DNA from: a virus | Length of the DNA stretch: 64,000 bases | Strand: one strand, 5' to 3' | Virus record (IMG/VR): IMGVR_UViG_3300012953_000017 | Coordinates: 32,001-96,000 of that record | Part shown: positions 54,567 to 64,000 of the stretch, piece after piece | How the letters are laid out: each line of letters opens with the position of its first letter | How positions within the stretch are numbered: the first letter of the stretch is position 1 | Made by a program: the position numbers and the translations under genes | Notes under the pieces: model-generated | The model's database searches: none | The model's input: the letters and a program-made list of their open reading frames with translations, nothing else | Told to the model about the DNA's origin: nothing

Positions 54567-57500
54567 CTATGTGCTAACAACCAGCTTACCTGTTTTAGCT
54601 AGTTTTGTAGCTAGTTGATCTGCATTTAACTTCACATCAATATGAAGCTCAATTTTGTCAGGAATTCCTGTAACCTTTACAGTTCCGGCCTTTCCAATTT
54701 TGTCTACAACTTGCACAGCGCTAGACAAAGTTCTTGAATTACCTACACCCTTTAAAGTGTCTTTAAGTTTATCAAAGTCTGCCTGTAATGTCGCTAGCTT
54801 TGACTCGACCATGTCAGGCATACTGTTAAGTGCCATAATAAATGGTGTCAACCCTTGATTGATAAAGTCGCCAAAGTTCTTAAACGCATCTTTAGGAAAT
54901 TTACCTCTAGACTTAAGTCCACCAAAGTCTGTGACTATTGACTGAATCTTTTCTTTGTTGTTTGTAATGATTCCCGATATTCTTTCCAGAAGCGGTCCTA
55001 CTCCGCCGGCGGCGCCTGCTGAAGCCTCAAAACTTTTTAGCTTTTTCATTGCTTCAACAAAGTGTCCTACTGACTCAAAAACACCTGATAAAGCTTTGAT
55101 GTCTCTACGATATTTGCCTATCCCTCTTAAGTCTCCGCCACGCTTAAACATTCCGACAATGGCTCCAGCCAGAGCGGGCAAGAAAATTGCAATTGGAACT
55201 ACTAGGTCTGCGATAGTCCCGAACACATCGGGTTTTACATCTGGTGCAGTTTTCGGCATTATTCCTTGAATAGAAGCAAGCGCTGAGGCGAAAGAAGCAA
55301 CAGCCTCCATTACTTTTCCTACAACTTCCATCTTTCTGCCTGCGTTTTTTGGATTTTTTATCTCTATAGCTAAAATTTTATTGACTAGCATTGGAAGTTT
55401 ATCAGCTACAGCATTTGCAATTCTCTGAACAGAAGCTATTATCGAAGACAACCGACTTTCGGAAACATATTCAGCGTCTTTGGCAGCAGGCGAAAGGTTC
55501 ATAATGCTTCCGATAGCAGTTGCAAAGTCTGCGACTGCACCCATTGCCAGAGAGACTATCTTCATCTGTGCTTCAGCTTGCGCTGGATTGGATATCTTCT
55601 TAGCACCTTCTACGATTGCTGCTACCAGATCAGGTATTCCATATTTTCCGCCGCCGCCCATAAGCCTCTCGATTATAAGATACATCACGCCGCCGCCGCC
55701 GAACATTGTTTCTGCGTTTTTCTTGACTTCTGCCATGTCGTTAGCTTTTGGCATTAAACTCATCATATCTTTGATTGCCTTGCTAAAGTCACCAATAACT
55801 TTCATGACTGTAGATATCACTTTGAGCCGGGCCTCAGTCGACTGGGGGTCTCCTACATCAATGTTTATAATTGAGCTAACTAGATAAGGTATTGCGGCGC
55901 CTATCACTAAGGTCAAAGAAACAATTACGTCGAGGATTTCACCTAGCCTCTTTGTCATGTTTGTTGCTTGAGAGGGTTCTGGCATCATTCCCATAATGTC
56001 AGTCATTGCCTTGACAAAGTCACCAGCTATTTTAATGGCCATGGACGCAACTTTCATCTTAGGTCCTAGACCTTTCGGATCTGGTATTTTATTTAGCTCA
56101 GTTATGATTGCAACTATGCCTTTTCCTATACCTTCTGCTATAGCGTACACCACAGCTCGATCCATCCATGGACCTCCGTCAACAAATAACCATTGGATGT
56201 TTTCGGTCAAGGACTCGCCAGACTTTTGATATTTTTCAACCATTTCCATAGCATCAGATATGGCCTTTAGTGAGTCGCCTACAACTTGTATGACTTTTGC
56301 GACCACATTCATCTTTTTGCCAAAAGCAGCTGGATCTTTAACAGCAGAATCGACAGCCGTAATCATAGCCTTGACAATTTTAGGTACGGCAGTAGACAAG
56401 GCAGTTCCAAGCATGTCCATGACATCACCCATTTGGTTCATGACAGTATTAAAATCTGCACCGCCTTTTCCTCTTAATTTGTCCCAGAAGCTTCTGTTCT
56501 CTTCTTGAGCAGCCATAGACTCAACTATCTTCTTAACCATATCTCCGGCTATTTTTGAGAACACTGCCATCGCATCCATGACTGCTTTAATAACTTTTAC
56601 TTTTCCTAGCAAGGCGCTTGTAGCGCCCTCCGGAATCGGTGTGCTGAGAATGGCTGTAACAATCTTAGTGATGCTTCCGGACATGGCAGTCATCACAGCG
56701 GTTATAAATTCAGACACTGCTTTCATTGTCTGCCCGAAGCCTTTGTTGTCCATGTTCGAGAACCAGCTAGACGACCCATTTGCCTCCATTGCCATTTCAA
56801 CAACACCTACTAAAGGCTCCATAATGTTGCCAATTAACGTTCCGATCGCTGAAAGGACATCAGCTATTGCAGAAGCAACCTTAGCTTGTTTTGGATCTAT
56901 TGTCTTCATGGCGCCAATAATGACGTCGACTAGGCCACCAATATGTGTGAACAACACGTTCATAAATTCTGACACTGGGCCTAAGACAGAGGCATTTGCT
57001 CCGGCTTCTTCGATGGCACCTAGTTCAACTTCTGCGAGGTCGGCAGCAACTTGACCTATGGTTCCTACTGTCTCCATTAGGCCTGCGAGGCCTTCCATCG
57101 TCGCCTTGAAAGCCTTCGGGTCAGCTACTTTCATTTGAGCAAATTTTTCAGCTTCAGGTATTATGTGTTCTGCCATCATCGACAAGAACTTTGCAACAAG
57201 CTTTATACCTTTTTTCATAAGCCAACCGCCAATAAACGGTAAAGCAAACGGGAGCATTAATATCGCCGCAAGAGCAACTTGACCCATCACTCTCATGATC
57301 ACACCCAAAGCTTCAAACCCAGCTTTTGCAGGGGCTAGGGATGAAAATCCTTCCGCACTAACAAATTCTGAGATTTTAGGAAGAAGATGTTCTGCTATCA
57401 TTCCTACAAAGGCAGCTGCAGGATACATCCCGATCATACCCAAGACAGCCAACATACCTGCCACAGCAATAAGAGGCGCTGCAATCATTATGCCTATAGC

Positions 57501-60500
57501 TATTGGTATTAAGGCTAAGAATGCGAGACCTAGTGCCTTCCATGGAATGTCTATGCCGGCGACTTCCTGAAGTGCTGGAAGAAACACATGTGCCATCACC
57601 AAGACAAAACCTGCTGCTAGAACCATTCCTATCATTGCAGGAACCACTACACCCATTAGCGAAGCAGCCGAAGTTGCAATGATAAACATCGACGCTGCAA
57701 CTGTTGCCATCATCAGGAAGGCCATTGCAATTTTTTTGAATCCAATGCCTTCCATTACAGCACCAACGGCACCTAATGCTAGTGTAAATGCTATTCCACC
57801 CACTGTTATGAGAAGTGCTGCACCTAGTAAGCCTAACATTGCAGGAACTAATATACCTGGTTGGAGCGGCAGAGTCGCAGCGATCATTACTAGTAAGGCA
57901 ACTGAAATGATGGCCATGGCAATAAATGCCAGTGATATCCCTAGGGCATCGGAAGGAGACATCTCTGATGCCAGCGGAGACACCAACAACAGAGCTAACA
58001 ACATTGGAATAGATGCTAGGATAAGTGCTGCTGCAGCCACAAGACCCACAGCAGCTTTTATAGCAGCAGATGGGTCAATTTGTTGAGCTGCTTTGGCCAT
58101 TATTGCCGCAGAAACAGCCGCTAGTGCCATGGAAGCTAGGCCAACTATAACATCTTTAACGCTTAAGCCTGACATTGAGCTCGCAGCTAGCTTAAGTGCT
58201 GTGGAGAATGCAACTATGCCTACGCCTACCATCAATGCCATGGCTACCATCTTTGGAATGGCTTTTAAGATGCCACCTATAGTGATATATTGCATGGCTT
58301 CAACGAAGAACCTTATTGCACTTAAACCTGTGGCCATGCCGTACATGTATCCCACAAACTTAAGCACATTGACGCCAGAAAGGGCTTTATACACGCCTAG
58401 CAACACAACTTGGACAAACATGATGAATGCAGGTGCAAACAGTGCATTCATTAGCATAAGTTTACCAGCTGCTTTTGCAATGTCACCTGCAGGGAGTGCA
58501 CCCAACCCCTTAAAGAATCCGCCTAAAGATTTTGTAAGTCCAGGCCCAGGGAGTTTTGGAGATTTAAGAGCAGCACCTTTAAAGACTGTCCCGAAAAATC
58601 CCGCCACTGCTTTAATAAGAAGTGTTACTAAGCCACCTTTGAGCGCGCTCATAAACGCTGTGATTAATAGCTTAGTAAGCATTACCTTTAATATGACTTT
58701 ACTTACTTTTGTAACAATAGGTTTTGCTTTTTCCCATACTGCTGTAAAGAAAGTTTTTAGTGCTTCAATTACAGGCGGCAGTACTTTTTCTTTAAGTACC
58801 GTGAATAGCTCAATGAAGGCTGCTTTTAGTTTATCACGGGCGTCTTTCATACCCTGGGACATCTCAGGAGGATTTCTAATTTTTTCAGCGATCTTTTTAA
58901 AGAGCTTGGCGAAACCCTTAACAGCCATCATGCCTATGACTTTGAGTACGGCTCCCATTGTCTTAAGAAATGTGCCTAAGCCTTTCTTGAACTCACCTGC
59001 TGCACCTTTTCTGTCGCTAAAGAACTCTCCGAACGCTTTCTTGAGCCCTTCTATGAACTTTTCTGTGCCGGCCTTAGGGTCAGTCTTAATATCAGTAAAG
59101 AATTGCTTAAACAGATCCTTGACTTTACCCATCAGCTTCTTAAAGTGCTTAGGATCGAACAGGCCTTGAAGGCCTTTCATCATCTGCTTCACACCCGGAA
59201 ACATCTCAACAAACATTTTACCAATCTCTTTACCTGCCTTGTAGACAACTTTAAGAGATTTTCGAATGTTTCTCATGACCTTTCGGAAATCTTTTGACTT
59301 TTTAATTCCTTTGGTGAAGCCTTGCACAAATGCATCAAAAAAGCTTTTGAAAGTTTTTCCGCCGCCGCCGCCGCCGAAAGTCTTAGCAATATTATCAGAA
59401 AGCTCTTTCATGGCTTCAGCTTGAGTTAGCTGTTTTTCTTCATTTTCTCCAGCTGCTGCTGAAAGTTCTTCATAAGATAGGCCTTGCTTATCTGCAGCGA
59501 AAGCGGCATCGAGAGCTGCACCGTTGAGGCCGGTTTGAGTTTCAAGAAGTTTTCTCTCAGCGGCGGACATATCCTTAATTGATTTGCCCGCGTTGTGGAA
59601 TCCTTTTCTTAACTCATCAATTGCTGAAGCTCCTCCCTTCATGAGTTCCATGGAGTCGACGGTCATTCCGAACGCTTGCTGTAGCTGTGCAGCACCTTGG
59701 GCGGCGTCTTCGAAGTTTAAGAATTTATCTGTTACAGCACCTAGATCTTTAATTTCAATGCCGAGCTTGGCAGCATATGTTGCTGTGGCTGCCAGTTCCT
59801 TCTTGGAAAGGTGACCAAACTGAGATACAGCTTTCACCATCTCAGACATGTTCTTGCCGATAACCTTAGAAGACACTCCGAATTGCTTGCCCATCAATAC
59901 AGCTTGTGACGCCATTGCGTCCATGGCTTTGACTGGGTCATCTCCCATCGCCTTGAAGTGTTTCATCATGGCGGCAGTACCCTCAGCAGAACCTGTGAGG
60001 CCTTTGGTGTACATTGCTAGTGCAACAGCATTTTCTTTAAAGGCGCCGGTCATGCTATTAAGCGCCGGACCGAGAGCTGTGGCTACTTCATGGACAGCTT
60101 TCATCGCTTCAGCGACTCCGCCCTTTCCTGCACCAAAGACCTGCCGAACTGAAAGGCCTGTACCGGCAAGATCTTTCATCTGGCCTTTGATCTGCCCTAA
60201 AGAAGATGCTACTGCCTGTCCTTCATTTGACGCTAACGAGCCGAACTCGCCTCTGATGGCTTCTAACTCGACTTTAATGGGACTAGGCCCACCACCGCCG
60301 CCGGATTGTGCCATTCCTATCAGGCCACTCATCATCTTAAATGGGATTGAAACAACAGCTTTACCTACATTGAAAAGAGACTTTGTCACATTTCCAATGC
60401 TTTTTGCTAAACCTTTTATTTGTTTGACTGCGCTTCTAACGCCTGAAACGATACCTACGCCAAAACCTACAGCGGCTACCTTTGCAGCATTTAAGCCGTC

Positions 60501-60815
60501 TACGACACCTTTTTGTACTGACTTACCTGCTTTTTCAGCTTCTTTGGCGCCTTTAGCCATCCCGTCACTTGTTGAAGTTCCGGCTTTGTCTGCTTCGTCA
60601 GCAACTTGTGAGAGACTTTGCTGTATCTCTCCTAGGCGATCATTCATACCTTCGAGTTCATTACACTCTAATGCATTACACAGCTCAGCTGCTAGCTGGA
60701 TCTGTGCGCTTATCTCTTTTGTGTTTTTAGATAACAGACCCGCGCGCTGCTGCAGGGCTTTATTAATGTCCTGCTGCATTTTTAATTGTGCGCCTAGATC
60801 TTCATTTGTCGCCAT
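54567..60815 (-). CDS. Tape measure protein
   Basis: 2082 aa, helical and Ala/Gly/Met-rich with a long hydrophobic central region; downstream of tube and chaperone genes. Confidence 0.88.
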   Translation of the reverse strand: MATNEDLGAQLKMQQDINKALQQRAGLLSKNTKEISAQIQLAAELCNALECNELEGMNDRLGEIQQSLSQVADEADKAGTSTSDGMAKGAKEAEKAGKSVQKGVVDGLNAAKVAAVGFGVGIVSGVRSAVKQIKGLAKSIGNVTKSLFNVGKAVVSIPFKMMSGLIGMAQSGGGGGPSPIKVELEAIRGEFGSLASNEGQAVASSLGQIKGQMKDLAGTGLSVRQVFGAGKGGVAEAMKAVHEVATALGPALNSMTGAFKENAVALAMYTKGLTGSAEGTAAMMKHFKAMGDDPVKAMDAMASQAVLMGKQFGVSSKVIGKNMSEMVKAVSQFGHLSKKELAATATYAAKLGIEIKDLGAVTDKFLNFEDAAQGAAQLQQAFGMTVDSMELMKGGASAIDELRKGFHNAGKSIKDMSAAERKLLETQTGLNGAALDAAFAADKQGLSYEELSAAAGENEEKQLTQAEAMKELSDNIAKTFGGGGGGKTFKSFFDAFVQGFTKGIKKSKDFRKVMRNIRKSLKVVYKAGKEIGKMFVEMFPGVKQMMKGLQGLFDPKHFKKLMGKVKDLFKQFFTDIKTDPKAGTEKFIEGLKKAFGEFFSDRKGAAGEFKKGLGTFLKTMGAVLKVIGMMAVKGFAKLFKKIAEKIRNPPEMSQGMKDARDKLKAAFIELFTVLKEKVLPPVIEALKTFFTAVWEKAKPIVTKVSKVILKVMLTKLLITAFMSALKGGLVTLLIKAVAGFFGTVFKGAALKSPKLPGPGLTKSLGGFFKGLGALPAGDIAKAAGKLMLMNALFAPAFIMFVQVVLLGVYKALSGVNVLKFVGYMYGMATGLSAIRFFVEAMQYITIGGILKAIPKMVAMALMVGVGIVAFSTALKLAASSMSGLSVKDVIVGLASMALAAVSAAIMAKAAQQIDPSAAIKAAVGLVAAAALILASIPMLLALLLVSPLASEMSPSDALGISLAFIAMAIISVALLVMIAATLPLQPGILVPAMLGLLGAALLITVGGIAFTLALGAVGAVMEGIGFKKIAMAFLMMATVAASMFIIATSAASLMGVVVPAMIGMVLAAGFVLVMAHVFLPALQEVAGIDIPWKALGLAFLALIPIAIGIMIAAPLIAVAGMLAVLGMIGMYPAAAFVGMIAEHLLPKISEFVSAEGFSSLAPAKAGFEALGVIMRVMGQVALAAILMLPFALPFIGGWLMKKGIKLVAKFLSMMAEHIIPEAEKFAQMKVADPKAFKATMEGLAGLMETVGTIGQVAADLAEVELGAIEEAGANASVLGPVSEFMNVLFTHIGGLVDVIIGAMKTIDPKQAKVASAIADVLSAIGTLIGNIMEPLVGVVEMAMEANGSSSWFSNMDNKGFGQTMKAVSEFITAVMTAMSGSITKIVTAILSTPIPEGATSALLGKVKVIKAVMDAMAVFSKIAGDMVKKIVESMAAQEENRSFWDKLRGKGGADFNTVMNQMGDVMDMLGTALSTAVPKIVKAMITAVDSAVKDPAAFGKKMNVVAKVIQVVGDSLKAISDAMEMVEKYQKSGESLTENIQWLFVDGGPWMDRAVVYAIAEGIGKGIVAIITELNKIPDPKGLGPKMKVASMAIKIAGDFVKAMTDIMGMMPEPSQATNMTKRLGEILDVIVSLTLVIGAAIPYLVSSIINIDVGDPQSTEARLKVISTVMKVIGDFSKAIKDMMSLMPKANDMAEVKKNAETMFGGGGVMYLIIERLMGGGGKYGIPDLVAAIVEGAKKISNPAQAEAQMKIVSLAMGAVADFATAIGSIMNLSPAAKDAEYVSESRLSSIIASVQRIANAVADKLPMLVNKILAIEIKNPKNAGRKMEVVGKVMEAVASFASALASIQGIMPKTAPDVKPDVFGTIADLVVPIAIFLPALAGAIVGMFKRGGDLRGIGKYRRDIKALSGVFESVGHFVEAMKKLKSFEASAGAAGGVGPLLERISGIITNNKEKIQSIVTDFGGLKSRGKFPKDAFKNFGDFINQGLTPFIMALNSMPDMVESKLATLQADFDKLKDTLKGVGNSRTLSSAVQVVDKIGKAGTVKVTGIPDKIELHIDVKLNADQLATKLAKTGKLVVST

Positions 60816-60844
60816 GACTGTTACCTACACTTTTCTATATAACC

Positions 60845-60854
60845 TAAATATGGC
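60845..60854 (-). promoter_or_regulatory. Putative late promoter (ATAYTTA motif)
   Basis: GCCATATTTA upstream of the tape measure gene. Confidence 0.5.
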
Positions 60855-60873
60855 TATAATCAATTTTCGTAGG

Positions 60874-61137
60874 TTATATAGTCCAACGTAAACCGGTCTT
60901 GTTCTCAAATATTTCAGCCTTTGCCTTCTTTTCTTCAACTAGCCTAAAAATATTTTCTATTTGTGGTTTAGATAGGTTCAACTCTTCATAAAGTTTTTTT
61001 GAAGCGATGATAACATTTTTAGTAGCTGAAACTTTATCTGGGCTTCCGGTAATCTTGAGTCCGGTTGCTTCTCCCAAAATATGCTTTGCTATGGCTGACA
61101 TTAATTGAGTTTGATTCTGTATAGAGATGTCGCTCAT
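60874..61137 (-). CDS. Hypothetical protein in tail module
   Basis: AGGAG RBS before ATG 61137; TGCATATTTA motif at 61154-61163. Confidence 0.6.
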   Translation of the reverse strand: MSDISIQNQTQLMSAIAKHILGEATGLKITGSPDKVSATKNVIIASKKLYEELNLSKPQIENIFRLVEEKKAKAEIFENKTGLRWTI

Positions 61138-61175
61138 TATCTTCTCCTGACAATAAATATGCACTAAATGTACAT

Positions 61176-61442
61176 TTAAGTAAATCTTCTAAGTCTCGCT
61201 GGGACTTGTGATCTATGCTTATTCATTAGTGCTCTGGCATCTGGAGAATTGGCATGAGCTGCCCGAGACTGACCATCTGACTTTTTCATTTCTTTGTTTA
61301 GCCGCTCTATGAACCATATGCGCTGCCAAACAGGAATGCTGTATGCTTCGTTATAAGTGAAACCCATGTAGTACATCAGTAAAAAGATGTGCTCCAGGTA
61401 TATTGTCTTATCAGTCGGTGTCAGGCCAAAAAAAGCTGGCAC
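61176..61442 (-). CDS. gp51-like baseplate/tail assembly protein, possibly a frameshift extension of the upstream gene
   Basis: IF.LMYYMGF.Y.EAY.IP.W.R.WFI.RL; overlaps the upstream gene across a T7 run; no clear RBS. Confidence 0.65.
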   Translation of the reverse strand: MPAFFGLTPTDKTIYLEHIFLLMYYMGFTYNEAYSIPVWQRIWFIERLNKEMKKSDGQSRAAHANSPDARALMNKHRSQVPARLRRFT

Positions 61443-62286
61443 CCATAGGGAGCCGTACCTCCGAATGTTCGAGGCAGTGTGGGCATGTCATCCAGGACTT
61501 CATGTCGACACCAGGTTCTGCTTTGTCAATGTGTCTCCGAAGCGCGAGTGAGTCTCTGGCAGGCATGCTTCTGATAAACATGTTAATTTTATTTCTGTCA
61601 TTGACACCGTCAATTGCGACAATTGAATGTTGGAGTCTGGATGTTACAAGGCTATCTGCTTGCATTCCTTGCTTCTTTCTACGCTCCATAGCCACAGTAA
61701 TTTCTGCTTCATCAGCGCCTGTAAGAAACTTAAACCTTACTTTCTTCGCGGTCATCGGGAGTTTAAATTCAAATAAATTAGCACCTTGAGCGACAGGATT
61801 TGCATCAAGACGCTTAATTGGCAGGTCTGTCAAGCTAAACTCTTGCTTTGATCTTTCACCGCATGCAGGACAATCAACTTCCACAGTATACTCGGCACCA
61901 TAGCCTGTAATACGAAGTGCAGTCATTATTGCATTTCTATCACCTACAAGCATTGAGTCAACATCGACCTGCTTATTTACCAAGCAGTTCTTAATGAGCT
62001 GAGTGATTACAGTCCCCTTTTTAATCAAAGCCTTAGAAGTTAGAATATCTTCATCCTTTGCGGTCATTGCTTTAATTTCAATAGTTTCTTGACCATAAAG
62101 TGGCCCGTCGACATCATAAACTGTACCGCCGGAAGGCAGTGGAACATTTTCAACAGGTATTTCGTAACCAAAGTCATCTCGCATTACGTTGCTTACTTGA
62201 TGACCGCCTGCTACTTGTTGAGCTGTTTTGGCTTGTGAGGCTGCAAAAACCTCGTTTTTTGCTTCTCTAGTTGTTTCTTCAGACAC
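61411..62286 (-). CDS. gp26-like baseplate hub assembly / tail chaperone protein
   Basis: LPSGG..Y, MTAKDEDIL, GDRNA....LRI.GYG..Y, two CxxC motifs, C-terminal FFWP. Confidence 0.75.
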   Translation of the reverse strand: MSEETTREAKNEVFAASQAKTAQQVAGGHQVSNVMRDDFGYEIPVENVPLPSGGTVYDVDGPLYGQETIEIKAMTAKDEDILTSKALIKKGTVITQLIKNCLVNKQVDVDSMLVGDRNAIMTALRITGYGAEYTVEVDCPACGERSKQEFSLTDLPIKRLDANPVAQGANLFEFKLPMTAKKVRFKFLTGADEAEITVAMERRKKQGMQADSLVTSRLQHSIVAIDGVNDRNKINMFIRSMPARDSLALRRHIDKAEPGVDMKSWMTCPHCLEHSEVRLPMGASFFWPDTD

Positions 62287-62472
62287 AGTTAAACTCCAGT
62301 ACGATTGTCATGTAATGATTCACTTATAAGTATTGCTAGATTGATTCTACCTGTAAACTTGTTTTTAAACGCATAGAACGTACTTTCTAGACATCTTTTA
62401 CTTAATCATATAGGAAAACTCATTATAGTAAAACAAGATCATCAGACAGTACTCGGTGATACTCTGGGAAAT

Positions 62473-62506
62473 AAAAAAGGCACGTCACAGGTGTGACGTG
62501 CCTTTT
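62473..62506 (-). terminator. Intrinsic (possibly bidirectional) terminator after the tail tube gene
   Basis: AAAAGGCACGTCAC-N4-GTGACGTGCCTTTT hairpin; T6 tail on the minus strand. Confidence 0.85.
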
Positions 62507-62532
62507 AGATTAGTGAGACAAAAATTTATAAA

Positions 62533-63021
62533 TTAGTACTGGAGTACGCAATTATCGAATCTAATCGTTAGGGCTACTTCAGCTGGATCTTCTGCACCGT
62601 AGTCCAAGTCGCCGAAAGCAGCTGACTCTAGAAAGCATCCTTTGAGATCCCAAAGCTCAACAACAGTTCCTACTGGATCAAGAAGTTTAAGCTGGCAGTC
62701 TCGCTTGTAAAAATCAGCATATCCGGAACGACCTGAAACAGACTCAAAGTGTGTTCTTACCCACTCCATAACCTGCTGTGCTCCAGACGGAGCGATCGGA
62801 TCATGAAGTGTACAACTAATTGCATCAAACTTAGTTTTTCCTGCAATAAATCTTGTTGAATTCATGTAGGAAATTTCCTGTGCTGCAGTGTTGATTGTTG
62901 GTCTTGCAGCTGTCTTCATTAAAAATGCATCTATTCCCTCTATGGCAAAAACCCATCTAAACTTTCTTTTGGGTTCAAACTTATTGGGAAGCATATCGGT
63001 TACTGAAAGTGTCTCAGCCAT
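62533..63021 (-). CDS. Tail tube protein (T4 gp19-like)
   Basis: FEPKRKFRW, L.DPI.PSGAQ.VMEW.R, LLDPVG.VVE.W.LKG.F, FG.LDY, RFDNC; directly after the sheath gene. Confidence 0.9.
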   Translation of the reverse strand: MAETLSVTDMLPNKFEPKRKFRWVFAIEGIDAFLMKTAARPTINTAAQEISYMNSTRFIAGKTKFDAISCTLHDPIAPSGAQQVMEWVRTHFESVSGRSGYADFYKRDCQLKLLDPVGTVVELWDLKGCFLESAAFGDLDYGAEDPAEVALTIRFDNCVLQY

Positions 63022-63056
63022 TTTTTAAGTCTCCTAATTCGCTTATACGCGTTTCT

Positions 63057-63066
63057 TAAGTATTAT
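63057..63066 (-). promoter_or_regulatory. Putative late promoter (ATAYTTA motif)
   Basis: ATAATACTTA between sheath and tube genes. Confidence 0.45.
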
Positions 63067-63079
63067 CGTCAAAGAGTTT

Positions 63080-64000
63080 TTATATCTCTGTACCTTGATT
63101 AGTAACAACAAAGTCTAGGGAAACAAATTCCACAGACCTTGTTGGTTGGAGGAATATTTTTCCTCTAATCGTGTTGTTCTCAACATCAGCTTGAGTTGTA
63201 GTTGTTGTGTCGATCTGAACTCTAAATCTATCAAGGCCCTGCTGTTGCTGAATTCTCTGAAGTACTGGATTGACTTCAGCTGAGAATCTTGAAAGAGTTT
63301 CTTCTCTGTTCGGCTCAAAAAGTAGATTTTCACCTATTCTTCTAACTCTTCTTCTAATTTCAATTAATAGACGCCTTACGTTCACACGGTCAAGAGCACT
63401 TTGTGCAGCCTGGAGTGTCTTCTGTCCGAAAACAACGACGCCGGGTGTGTGAGCGAAAGCAGTCAAAGGGTTAATGTCAGCGTCATAAAGCGCGTCTAGA
63501 TTATCTCTGTTAAGCTTAACTTGAGATTCTACGACAGTGCTTAGTGCACCTCGAGTAAATCCGGCAGGTGCAAACCACGGATGAGCCACTGCATCGTTTA
63601 GAGAAAAAGCACCAATCACAGCGACTGAAGGTGGGCACTGAACATTTGTGTTCGTTGCCGGGTCTGTTATTACAACATCAGGAAAATAGGCAGCGGCAAA
63701 AGAAGTATCTAGATTTCGGCCTTCGAATGAACTTACTGTGTTTGCAACATGTATCCTAGAATCAGAACCTGTAACAACAGTATTTAATTCATCACGCTCC
63801 TCGATGTCCATAACATACAACGCATCAAATCTATCTTCCACAGCCTCTATACCGTAGTCTGTAATTGTGCTATGACGCAGTCCTGGTATGCATAACAGCT
63901 GTATGTTAGAGTCAGATCTTTCCTTGAGCACATCAATTGCCTTTCTATAAGAAGCAATTGTTGGCCCTTTAACCCCGCCCTGATTAGAACTGTCATCATA
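63080..64000 (-). CDS. Tail sheath protein, C-terminal part (5' end outside the window)
   Basis: PWFAPAGFTRG, INP, FGQKTL, SALDRVNVRRLL, FEPN, LQPTRSVEF; frame stays open upstream of 63931 to the edge. Confidence 0.95.
   Translation of the reverse strand, partial: YDDSSNQGGVKGPTIASYRKAIDVLKERSDSNIQLLCIPGLRHSTITDYGIEAVEDRFDALYVMDIEERDELNTVVTGSDSRIHVANTVSSFEGRNLDTSFAAAYFPDVVITDPATNTNVQCPPSVAVIGAFSLNDAVAHPWFAPAGFTRGALSTVVESQVKLNRDNLDALYDADINPLTAFAHTPGVVVFGQKTLQAAQSALDRVNVRRLLIEIRRRVRRIGENLLFEPNREETLSRFSAEVNPVLQRIQQQQGLDRFRVQIDTTTTTQADVENNTIRGKIFLQPTRSVEFVSLDFVVTNQGTEI

Noticed and set aside
58093-60891. Long plus-strand ORFs (358 aa and 347 aa) and many shorter ones opposite the tape measure gene
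   Set aside because: Antisense shadows of an Ala/Gly/Met-rich gene with biased codons; no RBS or recognisable motifs
62287-62532. Largest intergenic gap as a possible tRNA, ncRNA or CRISPR array
   Set aside because: No cloverleaf or repeat-spacer pattern seen; a terminator and promoter motifs explain part of it. A covariance-model search was not run
1-64000. Stop-codon reassignment, as seen in some large phages
   Set aside because: Standard-code ORFs are full length and tile the window; TAG, TGA and TAA all end conserved genes at expected positions

Overview
This window is part of a large (probably jumbo) myovirus genome with T4-superfamily-like tail and replication genes. It is densely coded in the standard genetic code and almost entirely on the minus strand; the only clear plus-strand gene is a hemolysin-III-family gene at 25.7 kb. 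In transcription order (right to left) it holds four blocks. (1) 64.0-47.2 kb, contractile tail: sheath, tube, gp26/gp51-like pair, 2082-aa tape measure, tube initiator, LysM wedge, hub. (2) 47.1-34.9 kb, replication and metabolism: truncated family-A polymerase, HD hydrolase, gp32-like SSB, RecA, 5'-3' nuclease, DnaB-like helicase, class II RNR, ClpP, M15 peptidase, ThyX. (3) 29-13.5 kb, nucleotide, sugar and repair genes around a DnaE polymerase. (4) 13.4-0.1 kb and 34.9-29.3 kb, mostly hypothetical proteins sharing a short helical LRxxIRxxLxE tag. Two candidate undescribed systems stand out. The first is a probable cytosine-modification pathway: a dNMP-kinase/thymidylate-synthase fusion with the dCMP-type Asp, a divergent second ThyX, an NDT-like hydrolase, two NDP-sugar epimerases, dNTP pyrophosphatases and an MBD4-like glycosylase. 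The second is a peptide-tagged set of probable capsid-packaged cargo enzymes, including an Ntn hydrolase whose catalytic Cys sits directly behind an L-x-E protease site. Also seen are a putative +1 frameshift in the tail chaperone pair, a CglF-like gliding protein hinting at a Myxococcota/Bdellovibrionota host, and two promoter classes. All assignments come from reading motifs by eye; no database searches or computations were run. No tRNA, rRNA or CRISPR array was recognised.
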